A stretch of 64,000 nucleotides of DNA from positions 3,579,694-3,643,693 of the forward strand of contig OY969585.1 of NCBI GenBank assembly GCA_963701295.1. The letters run 5' to 3'. The number at the start of each line of letters is the position of its first letter. Position 1 is the stretch's first letter. Under the pieces are notes generated by a model that saw only the letters and a list, made by a program, of their open reading frames with translations, searched no databases and was not told the DNA's origin. Below are positions 40,871 to 49,696 of this stretch, one piece after another. Origin of the DNA: Ignavibacteriota bacterium (lineage in GTDB: Bacteria; Bacteroidota; Ignavibacteria; UBA10030). The position numbers were made by a program, and so were the translations under genes.

Positions 40871-41032
40871 ATTTACAAAAAATAGTTTGAAGAGTCAATT
40901 TCTACCACAAAGCACCCACGCATAATATTCATATTGTCTGATCAATCTTCTTGCCATCCAGTAGTTCAATGCTTATTAATATTCTCGATTGAATTGAACA
41001 GTCATTAATAATTCAAACGAGGCATCCCTCAT

Positions 41033-41887
41033 ATGGTAATTTGGAGTCCTTCAAGTTGGGCTTTATTTAAGCAATGTCCTTACAAGTATAAAATCAAAGT
41101 AGTTGAACGATGGCAACATCCAGAAATTAAACTGGATCAAACTTTTGCGAAGCTTGCAATTCCCGGCCTTACAGTTGATCGCGTCCTTCAGTTTTGGATT
41201 CATCGGAATCAGTTTGACGACAAGAAATGGCTTCAAGACAATTTTGATATGTTTTGGAAAATGGTTCTAAACGAAATCAAACCTAAGTGGTCTGAGCTCG
41301 AATCCATTGCTATCAAAGAAGAGACCCAAGTCGGTCTGAGAACTGCAATCCAAATGCTCGAACAAATAAACTATTCGAATTATTCGTTGCAGGTTCAGCC
41401 TAATTTCTTTGAAAAGATTACGGATGATTTCTGTATTGCAGGCAGCGCGGATTTGGTTCTTGCTGAACCTGATTCTACCAACGCGATACTCATTGATTTT
41501 AAGAACTCGCATAGTCGTGAAAGACTCACAAAAGACCAACTTCTCTTCTATCAAATTGGCTTGAAGAAATGCACACCTTATCAGTTTAAACGGGCAGGAT
41601 TTCTAATGTTCAATCCTCGGCTTGAAGAATGGAAGTGGTTTAAGCTGGATGAGCGACACGAAAATAAATTGATTAAGAGCTTGAGTGAAGCAACAGCAAA
41701 AGTAAATAAAAGTGAATTCAATTATCGTTGGAATCATTTTTCCTGTGCAAGGTATTGTGAAGTCCGTTTTGGATGTCCGATGTTTCAGAAGCTTCTTGGC
41801 CGAAATCGTTTTCGAGAATTTGAAAAGGTAAGTAAAAATGAAGTATTGCCTGAGAACAGTAACGTGGAAATTCCGCGAAACAATTGA
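41033..41887 (+). CDS. PD-(D/E)XK nuclease, RecB/AddB/Cas4-like with probable Fe-S cysteines
   Basis: SPSS...QCP, GSADLV, LIDFK, QLLFY, C-terminal CARYCEVRFGC. Confidence 0.82.
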   Translation: MVIWSPSSWALFKQCPYKYKIKVVERWQHPEIKLDQTFAKLAIPGLTVDRVLQFWIHRNQFDDKKWLQDNFDMFWKMVLNEIKPKWSELESIAIKEETQVGLRTAIQMLEQINYSNYSLQVQPNFFEKITDDFCIAGSADLVLAEPDSTNAILIDFKNSHSRERLTKDQLLFYQIGLKKCTPYQFKRAGFLMFNPRLEEWKWFKLDERHENKLIKSLSEATAKVNKSEFNYRWNHFSCARYCEVRFGCPMFQKLLGRNRFREFEKVSKNEVLPENSNVEIPRNN

Positions 41888-42293
41888 GCTTGTTCCAGAA
41901 CTTGAAGGTAAGAAACGAGTGATAGTTCGGGAGCCGGAGGATATTTTCTCCAATTACGCTTCCATCTTTAAAGATCAAGTCCGTGAACGCTTCGTAGTGT
42001 TTTGGTTGGATAGTGCAAATAAGGTGTCAGGATTTGAGATTATCACAGAGGGGATTTTGAACTCCAGTCTTGCCCATCCCCGCGAAGTGTTTAGAGGTGC
42101 TATTGTTTCAAATGCAGCAGCGATAATTCTAGCACATAATCATCCATCTGAAAATTTAGAGCCTTCTCAGGAAGACATTTCAATTACAAAACAGATTGTT
42201 GAAGCTGGAAAAATAATCGGTATACCAGTGCACGATCATATTATTTTCGCCAGTGAGTCATTTACATCACTGGCATCCAGAAGAATGATTTAA
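41838..42293 (+). CDS. RadC-like JAB/MPN domain protein
   Basis: ERFVVFWLD, HPREVF, ILAHNHPS...PSQED, DHII. Confidence 0.92.
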   Translation: MKYCLRTVTWKFRETIELVPELEGKKRVIVREPEDIFSNYASIFKDQVRERFVVFWLDSANKVSGFEIITEGILNSSLAHPREVFRGAIVSNAAAIILAHNHPSENLEPSQEDISITKQIVEAGKIIGIPVHDHIIFASESFTSLASRRMI

Positions 42294-42309
42294 ATGGAAA
42301 GGCTGTGTT

Positions 42310-43275
42310 ATGTCTCATAATCTCAATATTACAAATGGTAAAGTCTCAATGTTCTACGTGGGCGAGACACCCTGGCATAAGCTTGGCACAAGGCTGGATA
42401 ATCCGGCAACTTCAAAGGAGGCGATTGAAGCAGCTGGTTTGGATTATGCTGTAGAAAAAGTTTCGTTGGAAGCCGTAGTTAATTTGATTGACCGTAAACC
42501 TGTTAACAATCATTTCGCAACTGTCCGCACAGATACAAATGATGTGCTCGGTATCGTTGGCAATCGGTATTCTCCAATCCAAAACAAAGATGCATTCACA
42601 TTCTTTGACACACTTGTTGGACAGGATGAAGCAATTTATCATACAGCCGGAGTATTGGGAAAGGGAGAGCGTATTTGGATTCTGGCAAAGCTTCCAGACT
42701 ATATACGAATAGGCAAAGATGATTTAGTTGAAAAATACCTTTTACTCACAAATTCACACGATGGCTCTTCTCTTGCCTGTGCAAAACTCACACCGATACG
42801 CGTTGTTTGTCAAAATACTTTGTCAGTTGCTCTAGCGGGTTCAGATCAGGAAGTTCGCATTCGGCATACCGCAAATGCTCATACTCGGTTAGAACAAGCC
42901 TACAAACTTCTTGGTCTTTCCAATGTTTTGTTTCATCAGCTCCAAGCAATATTCAATCGTATGGCATTAACTCATATCTCCGATAAGGAGCTTATGGATT
43001 ACGTCAAGGCGTTGATTCCTGACAACCCAGATGCAGAACATCAGACAAGGCGAGAGCGTATGCGAAGCACAATTCTCGAGCTTCACGAGAGCGGTAAGGG
43101 AGCCGAGATGAGCCGTGGAACGCTTTGGGGCGCTTACAACGCAATTGCGGAATATACTGACCACATTCAACGGACCAAAGACACTTCAGCACATCTTCGT
43201 AGTATTTGGTTTGGCAGTGGAGAACGGTTTAAAGTGCGGGCATTTGCCTTAGCCGGAAGTCTGATACGAAATTAA
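42310..43275 (+). CDS. DUF932 family phage/plasmid protein
   Basis: ETPWHKLG, QNKDAFTFFD, TAGVLGKG, NSHDGS, TPIRVVCQNTL, GTLWGAYNAIAEY. Confidence 0.88.
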   Translation: MSHNLNITNGKVSMFYVGETPWHKLGTRLDNPATSKEAIEAAGLDYAVEKVSLEAVVNLIDRKPVNNHFATVRTDTNDVLGIVGNRYSPIQNKDAFTFFDTLVGQDEAIYHTAGVLGKGERIWILAKLPDYIRIGKDDLVEKYLLLTNSHDGSSLACAKLTPIRVVCQNTLSVALAGSDQEVRIRHTANAHTRLEQAYKLLGLSNVLFHQLQAIFNRMALTHISDKELMDYVKALIPDNPDAEHQTRRERMRSTILELHESGKGAEMSRGTLWGAYNAIAEYTDHIQRTKDTSAHLRSIWFGSGERFKVRAFALAGSLIRN

Positions 43276-43290
43276 CAGGAGTGCAGAAAT

Positions 43291-43881
43291 ATGAACTTTA
43301 TGGATGAGCTGCTTGCTGAGGTTGAAGAAAAAGAGGAAAAAAGAAAACTTGAATTAGATCGCTTACGTGCTGATCAATTACTAGCTGCAATAGGAACATT
43401 GGAAAAACGTGCTGATGAAATTAATGAGCTTGCTGATAATGAAGTCAAACTAATTGAAGAATATCGCAGCGTTGAGCTAACAAAGATTCAAAAGAAGATA
43501 TCTTGGCTTGCCTGGAATCTCGACCAGTTCATCCGATCTGCGGGAGAGAAGACGATTAACTTGCCACACGGCAGTCTCAAATTAAGGCTCGGACGTGATA
43601 AGGTGACTATTACGGAACTTCAGCAATTTCTTGACGTTCCATCCAATCATAAATATTTAAAGACAATTCCAGAATCCTACGAACCAGATATTCAAGCAAT
43701 ACACGACCACATCAAAGCGACAGGACATATTCCTGATGGTGTAGATATGAAACCAGCAGAAACTAAATTTTCTTACATAACAAAAAGGAGCAATGGCGAT
43801 GGAAAAGAACAATGGCAACGGACGAGCGAAGATAGAACTGAATCTGAATCAGTCGGTAAAAGTGCGCCTACTGAAGAATAA
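43291..43881 (+). CDS. Mu Gam-like host-nuclease inhibitor family protein
   Basis: Long coiled-coil N-terminus followed by KTINLPHGSLKLR...IPDGV. Confidence 0.7.
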   Translation: MNFMDELLAEVEEKEEKRKLELDRLRADQLLAAIGTLEKRADEINELADNEVKLIEEYRSVELTKIQKKISWLAWNLDQFIRSAGEKTINLPHGSLKLRLGRDKVTITELQQFLDVPSNHKYLKTIPESYEPDIQAIHDHIKATGHIPDGVDMKPAETKFSYITKRSNGDGKEQWQRTSEDRTESESVGKSAPTEE

Positions 43882-44257
43882 ACCTTACGAAGGGAAAAGC
43901 GAATATTTTGGCCCCTACCTTCTCTATTCAGTTGAAGAAGGAGGCGAAGAAAAAGCTTTCTTCGCTGATCCCGAAGTTCACAAAAAAATCCAGTCGCTTG
44001 AAGTCAAGGCAGGAGATGAAGTCATTTTAAGGAAAATCGCTGTCCCTGACGGCAAAAAGGGGAAATCACAGATTATCGTGGAAGCAGTTGCTACCCAACC
44101 TCGAATAAATGATACCGTTTGTGGTGATAGGTTCAGAGAAATAATGGAACAATCTCTACGGGAGGCAATAGCCATAACCGGCACTATGAAAGGCGTGCCC
44201 TTCCAGAACGAAGATATTCAAAAGATTGCAAGTTGTCTGTTTATTGCAAGGACATAG
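43793..44257 (+). CDS. Hypothetical protein, possibly OB-fold/SSB-like
   Basis: Beta-rich N-terminus plus a short helical tail; RBS AAGGAG; sits in a recombination module. Confidence 0.5.
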   Translation: MAMEKNNGNGRAKIELNLNQSVKVRLLKNKPYEGKSEYFGPYLLYSVEEGGEEKAFFADPEVHKKIQSLEVKAGDEVILRKIAVPDGKKGKSQIIVEAVATQPRINDTVCGDRFREIMEQSLREAIAITGTMKGVPFQNEDIQKIASCLFIART

Positions 44258-44292
44258 CAATAGTATTTGTTCTAAGATTCTTAATTTTCCTC

Positions 44293-44338
44293 TTGACATT
44301 GATAAAAGACTCTTATACCTTGTATAGAGTCTTTTATC
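44293..44338 (+). promoter_or_regulatory. Promoter with an overlapping 13-bp perfect inverted repeat (probable operator) for the ZnF-ZnF-xis-int operon
   Basis: TTGACA(44293)-N17-TACCTT; GATAAAAGACTCT (44301-44313) and AGAGTCTTTTATC (44326-44338). Confidence 0.78.
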
Positions 44339-44359
44339 CTTTCATCAAAGGAGTATCTA

Positions 44360-45058
44360 ATGTCAGCAGGTCGCGAATCACTTATTCTTCAGTTGCTAAA
44401 CAAAGACGTCAATGAATCTCTACTCGCAGAGATAGAAAAGGATTACAAAGATATTCCCGACTGCTATCGGAAGTCATCTTTAAGTAAACGCATCGGACAT
44501 TTTAATAAACACAAAAGAAAGCTTCACAAAATATTCCATCGTGGTGAAGTTGAAAAGCACGTTAATGAGATGGAGGACTTATTAAATGTCTACTGCCGAC
44601 CAATATTCAAATTCAACGCCAATATTGATTTGAGAATTGTCCCATTTGATAAAGACGAGATATTCCGCGATTCAAAAACATTCGTTGAACGAATAGTTGG
44701 AGAGGCATTTTATTATTTATCCCTGCAGGGTAAAGTCTATAACGTTATTTCTTGTGCTCACTGCAATAAGTATTTCGTTGCCATTCGAAAAGATGCTCAA
44801 TTCTGCTCTACCACCTGTAAACGTCAAGCAGATTTTAAAAAGCGTAAGAAAATATACTACCAAACCTTTTTAAACCGACGCATAGACGGAAAGTATATTC
44901 CAGTTAATAATATCCATTGCTATAATTGTAGAACACCCATCCCTATTCCAAAACAACCAAATGGCAGAATAAATAAATCGATTGAGATTATAAAATGTTC
45001 GGCCTGCAAGACTGCTAATCGTAATCCCTGGGCGTCACAGAAACAAAAGAGTCGCTAA
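44360..45058 (+). CDS. CGNR-like zinc-finger protein with a second C4 finger
   Basis: CAHCNKYF...QFCSTTCKRQADFKKRK; CYNC...CSAC. Confidence 0.65.
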   Translation: MSAGRESLILQLLNKDVNESLLAEIEKDYKDIPDCYRKSSLSKRIGHFNKHKRKLHKIFHRGEVEKHVNEMEDLLNVYCRPIFKFNANIDLRIVPFDKDEIFRDSKTFVERIVGEAFYYLSLQGKVYNVISCAHCNKYFVAIRKDAQFCSTTCKRQADFKKRKKIYYQTFLNRRIDGKYIPVNNIHCYNCRTPIPIPKQPNGRINKSIEIIKCSACKTANRNPWASQKQKSR

Positions 45059-45081
45059 ATTCATTAATAGGAGCTAAGCAT

Positions 45082-45660
45082 ATGCTTGTAGTAGACTTAT
45101 TAAATTTTACTTCCAGTGATGAAGTTCAATGCGGTTGTTTAAATTCATATCCATTATTACGTTCTCAATTAAAAGGATCTGAAGATCAAATTCTTAATGC
45201 CCTTTTGAACATATGGGATATCGTTCGTAAGGATCTTTTAAAACCTGTATTTCTTGAAGGAAGTGAAAGCGCGTGGACACTTTCCTTTTTACACCATACA
45301 CTTCCAAACCCATCGGATTTAATAAACGAATCGGAAAAAGGAATACTTCGTCTGTGTAACAGTTACCTTCATAGAACCCTTGAAGCTAATATTGGAGGTT
45401 ATGTTGCGCGTGAAATTCAATTTTTATTTGACACAAAAGCTATCACTTCCATAAAAAGATGTTCTCATTGTTCAAATATATTTATCGCAAATCCAGCGGA
45501 CGATATGTGCTGTTCCAATCTTTGCTTATCGCTACTCTGCACAACAGATCAAATAAAATATCCTGAAACCAGAAAGTCGTTTTTTGATGACTTAAAATTA
45601 AGTAACCAGTTCATTTATTATGATGATTTTCTCAGTAACCCTAGATTTAATTTGAATTGA
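45082..45660 (+). CDS. CGNR-like zinc-finger protein (degenerate)
   Basis: IKRCSHCSNIF...CCSNLC. Confidence 0.55.
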   Translation: MLVVDLLNFTSSDEVQCGCLNSYPLLRSQLKGSEDQILNALLNIWDIVRKDLLKPVFLEGSESAWTLSFLHHTLPNPSDLINESEKGILRLCNSYLHRTLEANIGGYVAREIQFLFDTKAITSIKRCSHCSNIFIANPADDMCCSNLCLSLLCTTDQIKYPETRKSFFDDLKLSNQFIYYDDFLSNPRFNLN

Positions 45661-45696
45661 GATATTAGTTTCCAGACCGAGCTGAAAATAATTTAT

Positions 45697-45942
45697 ATGA
45701 AAACGCAGAAGGAAGTAATGAATATTGATGAAACCGCCGACTTTATAGGCGTCTCCCCAAGCAAGATACGTCAATTAGTCCGCGAAGGACGAATTCCTCA
45801 TATTAGGCTTGACGGAAGAATTTTATTTTTAACTGTTGAAATAATCGATTGGTTGAAAAGCAAACAGGTTGCTCCCGTAACAGAAAATATATCTGATAAA
45901 TTAACTGATGATGTGTTCAAGCGATTGAGGAAGGCCATCTAA
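45697..45942 (+). CDS. Excisionase-type HTH DNA-binding protein
   Basis: MNIDETADFIGVS...LVREGRIPHIRLDGRILF...WL (HTH_17 pattern); stop overlaps the int start. Confidence 0.88.
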   Translation: MKTQKEVMNIDETADFIGVSPSKIRQLVREGRIPHIRLDGRILFLTVEIIDWLKSKQVAPVTENISDKLTDDVFKRLRKAI

Positions 45943-47045
45943 TGGCAGCGCTCCGAAAACGTGGAAGAATATGGTATGTTGATTGTTATTATGAAGGCCG
46001 GCGGAGGCTTGTCTCAACTAAAACATCAAACTACGAAACAGCGAAAAAGATAAGAGATCGTATTGAAATAGAAATCGCACTTGGCATATTCCTGCCGGAT
46101 AAAGCCCGGGCAATCAAAATTACTTTTCAGGAATTCTTTGACGAGTATTTTAAAATTGTATCCAACCAAAAGGCAAAAAACACAATACGGAATGAGAAGC
46201 AATATGCAAGACAAGCGGTAGAGATAGTCGGGAACATCTTTCTAAAAGACATAACGACAAGGAAAATGGATGAATGGAAGGCAAGAATAATTAATGAAAC
46301 AAGCCCGACAACTTTCAATATTCGATATCGATTTCTCCACGCCGCTTTCAATCGTGCGATACGTTGGGGATATCTTGATAAAAATCCCTTAGCAAACGTC
46401 ACTAAGGTAAAAGTTGATGAACATAGACTGTATTTGACAAAAGAAGAAACTATAAAAGTATTCAATGCAATTGATAAGCGCCTCCTCCGGCTGCAATCGC
46501 GTAAACGCCATACCAAGATGCCCTTATTCAAAAAGTGTGCTGTGTTCTTGCTCAACACAGGGTTACGAATCGGTGAAGCTTGTCAGTTACAAATGAGAGA
46601 TGTCGACCTTAGCAACAAAGTCATACACGTCGAGAAAACAAAGACCTACCTTTCTCGAATTGTTCCGCTTACGCCTGATGCATTAGAGATCCTTAGTAGT
46701 TTAGATGACAGTCTATTCCAGAATCTAACTGAAGGATATGTAAGCCACGAATTCGGGCGCTCCTTAACAGAGGCTGGCCTTGTCGGATTTAAACAGCATT
46801 CTTTGCGTCACACATTTGCAACACGTTTAGTCGAATGTGGCGTTGATCTTTTCGTTATTAGTAAAATACTCGGGCATACCAGTATGAAGACAACTATGAT
46901 ATATGCGAAAGCCGGAGTAAATACTCTTCGGAGCGCAATAGGTCTGCTTGATGTAGGATTGCATAGTATACAAAATAGTGACACTAAAGATGGAAAGGAG
47001 GAAAATACCGTTATCAGACAAGGAGATTTAGAGACTGGTAAGTAG
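45942..47045 (+). CDS. int: Tyrosine recombinase/integrase
   Basis: TGLRIGEA, KTK, HSLRHTFAT, LGH, TTMIY catalytic set; N-terminal arm-binding segment; adjacent to att. Confidence 0.95.
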   Translation: MAALRKRGRIWYVDCYYEGRRRLVSTKTSNYETAKKIRDRIEIEIALGIFLPDKARAIKITFQEFFDEYFKIVSNQKAKNTIRNEKQYARQAVEIVGNIFLKDITTRKMDEWKARIINETSPTTFNIRYRFLHAAFNRAIRWGYLDKNPLANVTKVKVDEHRLYLTKEETIKVFNAIDKRLLRLQSRKRHTKMPLFKKCAVFLLNTGLRIGEACQLQMRDVDLSNKVIHVEKTKTYLSRIVPLTPDALEILSSLDDSLFQNLTEGYVSHEFGRSLTEAGLVGFKQHSLRHTFATRLVECGVDLFVISKILGHTSMKTTMIYAKAGVNTLRSAIGLLDVGLHSIQNSDTKDGKEENTVIRQGDLETGK

Positions 47046-47046
47046 C

Positions 47047-47089
47047 TTATGAGTCTGCTGCTCTAACCAACTGAGCTAAGGGCCCGTGT
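47047..47089. repeat. att direct repeat (right copy) = orphan 5' half of tRNA-Ile2
   Basis: Identical 43 bp to 24259-24301; covers the tRNA 5' end through the anticodon loop only. Confidence 0.95.
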
Positions 47090-47098
47090 AACGATATA

Positions 47099-47127
47099 AA
47101 AATACCCAAAATGAGTCCGAGAAGCAA
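47099..47127 (-). promoter_or_regulatory. Probable native tRNA promoter, now stranded upstream of the half-tRNA
   Basis: Minus strand TTGCTT-N17-TATTTT, 13 nt upstream of GGGCCC. Confidence 0.65.
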
Positions 47128-47152
47128 TACGCTGCCTCAGTGGCTGTCTTGA

Positions 47153-49621
47153 TTAAAAACGAGCGCTGAGCTCGTGTATTTTCTGTTTCACTTCGTTGTT
47201 CGTGGAATCGATTGTGAGAATTGTTTTATAACTTCGAAGCGCGGATTCATAACGACGTTTCATTTCGAACAATTCTGCGAGCAAGTGAAGTGCAGGTTGA
47301 TTCAAAGGAGCTAAACGCAAGAGTGCCTGTAAATCGTCGATCGCGTCCTCACGAAGCCCCATTGCAATATACGATTCAATAATTTTCAATCGCAATTCTA
47401 TTTGTCGTGAATGAACGATCGCAACCCGCAACGTATCGAGGTACTTTCGTACCGTAGTCAGGCCAGCCACAAAAATATTGCTCGAATCAAACGAACGTGC
47501 TTTGTCCAAAGAGATCCACGCCGATTCCGTATCGCCTTTCTCGAGCGAGAATATTGTTGAAACAATCAGTGCAGAATAAAACTGCGAATCTGCTTTAAGC
47601 GATTGAGACAGCATGTGCATAGCTCGTTCTCGATAACCCAGTTCCCAGTAGGTAATCGCAAGCGATTGGTACAGCGATGGACGCTGGACAGAAGCTATTG
47701 GATATAATGCCATCTTCAACTGTGAGATCAAATCAAGATGATACTGTGCCAACTGCAAGTACGACCCGGCTTGGCGTAAGGAACGAAAATTTTCGAATAT
47801 CGCAGCAGCAGAATCAAGCTGCCCGGCAAATTCCTTTGCCATGCCGATATGAAATGTCACCATCGTGTACCCTTCGTTTCCAGCAATTAGTTCTTTCAAT
47901 ATCCCTTCAGATTTGAGCGGTTCATCTTCCAACACTCTTAGGGCTTGATCATATGACGAACGAATACTGGAATTCGGCAGTGCAATTCCCTGCTCTCCGG
48001 ACGAAATCTCTTTCAATTGAACTTCGTACACATCGACATTTTCAATAGTGTATACCGGAATAAACACAAATCGATCCGATTGAACAAATAATGTCTCATA
48101 CTCTTGTATGGGCGCCCGCCATCTCACGGCAACAATGTACTTCACACCATAATCACGCAATTGATAGTAAAACAGATCGCGCATAAGCCGCGGATTGCTT
48201 TCGACGAGCTTCCTCCCTTGCAGCCATATTGCAAGTTCCTTCCAGCGGCTCAAAATCACGGCCGAAGAATCCGAATGCTGCACAATCCACGTTGCCGCAA
48301 GATGGAGGGGCTTTATGAACATTTCAGGAGGCTTTTTCTCCTCTCTGAGTTTTTCATAAAATGTTTCTGGTGATTGTGCATACTGCCAGTTATTCCACAC
48401 ATAACTCTGCAACCAGACCATATTCGGCAGCACCAGCAATACTAGGAAAACGAAAGTCGTGTTCCGGATCACCCTATATTTTTCACTCGCACGCCATCGA
48501 TCGATGAATACGTCGACACCAACAACGGAAAGATACATCAGTATCACGGCGAGAGGAAAGAGAAATCGAATATCATTGACGGGATACAAGAGTATTGGAA
48601 TGAAATACCACATGAGAAAGATGACCATACATGAAAATAACGTGGAACCTTTTACCCGCCATATGCCGATCGCTGAGAATCCAATCGTAGCTGCTATCAG
48701 AATGTATTTTTCCACGGGAAGAATTGTTAACAAAAAAGCGACGAGCGGATTAGCTGTTGAGATAACCATATATGACTGTGACGAAAAATCCGGCATCAAG
48801 AGTAATTTCCCAACAAGATTTTTATATACGTTGAGATTACTCCACAGCCGCTGTCCAAGTTCTTCAAGGAGACTCGCTTGACTTGACGTGTAAAGATGCA
48901 TAAAAAGGGTTTGTGTGTTGCGCTCCGGAGGATTCTCGGCGCCAGCAACAATGACTTCATTTCGAATGAACCACAAGAGATAGAATACCAACGATATGAG
49001 AAAAATACGAACTGCACGTCGATACTGTTTCTTCCAGACCAAGTAGGCCGTTGCAGTAAGCAGAAGCGTAAGGCCGACATCACGAAGAGACGCGGCAGCT
49101 ACAAGCACGGCTATGAATACGGCCTCCGTTTTCCATTCGACCTGTTCCACGAACACCTTCTCCACTAAAAAGAAAAAAAGAATCAAGCATACTGCGAACG
49201 GAATATCAGAAAGAATTTGCGTTGAGTAGAGTACCATCAACGGATTGAAAGCAAGGAGGATGGATCCGGCGAGAGCATAGATTTCTCCTACTTTTTGCTT
49301 CAGCCACCAGTAGAAAAATACTATTGCAAAGCAACCGATGAGAAGCGTTGTCACCTTTGCTGCGACGACACTATTGGGGAAAAAGAAAGCACCTGGAGCC
49401 AACAAGATCGGATAGAGCGGTGCGTGAACTACATATCGAGTCGGCTCAGGGGTTGTCGCATCCTTAAAGCCTTCTGCCTTCGCTAATGAATTCGCCCAGA
49501 TAAGATAGCGTGCACTATCCGGCGTATAGACGGACATTTGATTTAAAGACAATAAACCTATAAGAAAGAAAATGCCGCATACCAATGATATACTAATGTA
49601 TGGACGTAATTTTATTCTCAT
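47153..49621 (-). CDS. GT-C/ArnT-PMT-like membrane glycosyltransferase with C-terminal TPRs
   Basis: PDSARY, HAPLYPILLA, ILSDIPF, many TMs, RFLFPL, TPR helices. Confidence 0.8.
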   Translation of the reverse strand: MRIKLRPYISISLVCGIFFLIGLLSLNQMSVYTPDSARYLIWANSLAKAEGFKDATTPEPTRYVVHAPLYPILLAPGAFFFPNSVVAAKVTTLLIGCFAIVFFYWWLKQKVGEIYALAGSILLAFNPLMVLYSTQILSDIPFAVCLILFFFLVEKVFVEQVEWKTEAVFIAVLVAAASLRDVGLTLLLTATAYLVWKKQYRRAVRIFLISLVFYLLWFIRNEVIVAGAENPPERNTQTLFMHLYTSSQASLLEELGQRLWSNLNVYKNLVGKLLLMPDFSSQSYMVISTANPLVAFLLTILPVEKYILIAATIGFSAIGIWRVKGSTLFSCMVIFLMWYFIPILLYPVNDIRFLFPLAVILMYLSVVGVDVFIDRWRASEKYRVIRNTTFVFLVLLVLPNMVWLQSYVWNNWQYAQSPETFYEKLREEKKPPEMFIKPLHLAATWIVQHSDSSAVILSRWKELAIWLQGRKLVESNPRLMRDLFYYQLRDYGVKYIVAVRWRAPIQEYETLFVQSDRFVFIPVYTIENVDVYEVQLKEISSGEQGIALPNSSIRSSYDQALRVLEDEPLKSEGILKELIAGNEGYTMVTFHIGMAKEFAGQLDSAAAIFENFRSLRQAGSYLQLAQYHLDLISQLKMALYPIASVQRPSLYQSLAITYWELGYRERAMHMLSQSLKADSQFYSALIVSTIFSLEKGDTESAWISLDKARSFDSSNIFVAGLTTVRKYLDTLRVAIVHSRQIELRLKIIESYIAMGLREDAIDDLQALLRLAPLNQPALHLLAELFEMKRRYESALRSYKTILTIDSTNNEVKQKIHELSARF

Positions 49622-49696
49622 AAACTAGTGTTTTCATTGGCTGAAGCACTCAACAATTGCATCACTCCATTCCTCGATAGCTCAAAGCTCTATTCT

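Larger units (their letters stand above)
24259..47089. mobile_element. tRNA-Ile2-integrated genomic island (~22.8 kb) with tyrosine integrase, excisionase and defence cargo
   Basis: Perfect 43-bp direct repeat at 24259-24301 and 47047-47089; integrase stop 1 bp before the right repeat; visibly more AT-rich than the flanks. Confidence 0.93.

Noticed and set aside
28978-40900. Retron or DGR explanation for the structured RNAs
   Set aside because: No reverse transcriptase (YADD/YxDD palm motifs) is recognisable in the island.
47047-47089. Second tRNA gene
   Set aside because: Only the 5' half is present; the T-arm and 3' acceptor strand are missing.
24259-47089. Prophage
   Set aside because: No capsid, terminase, portal, tail or lysis genes are recognisable.
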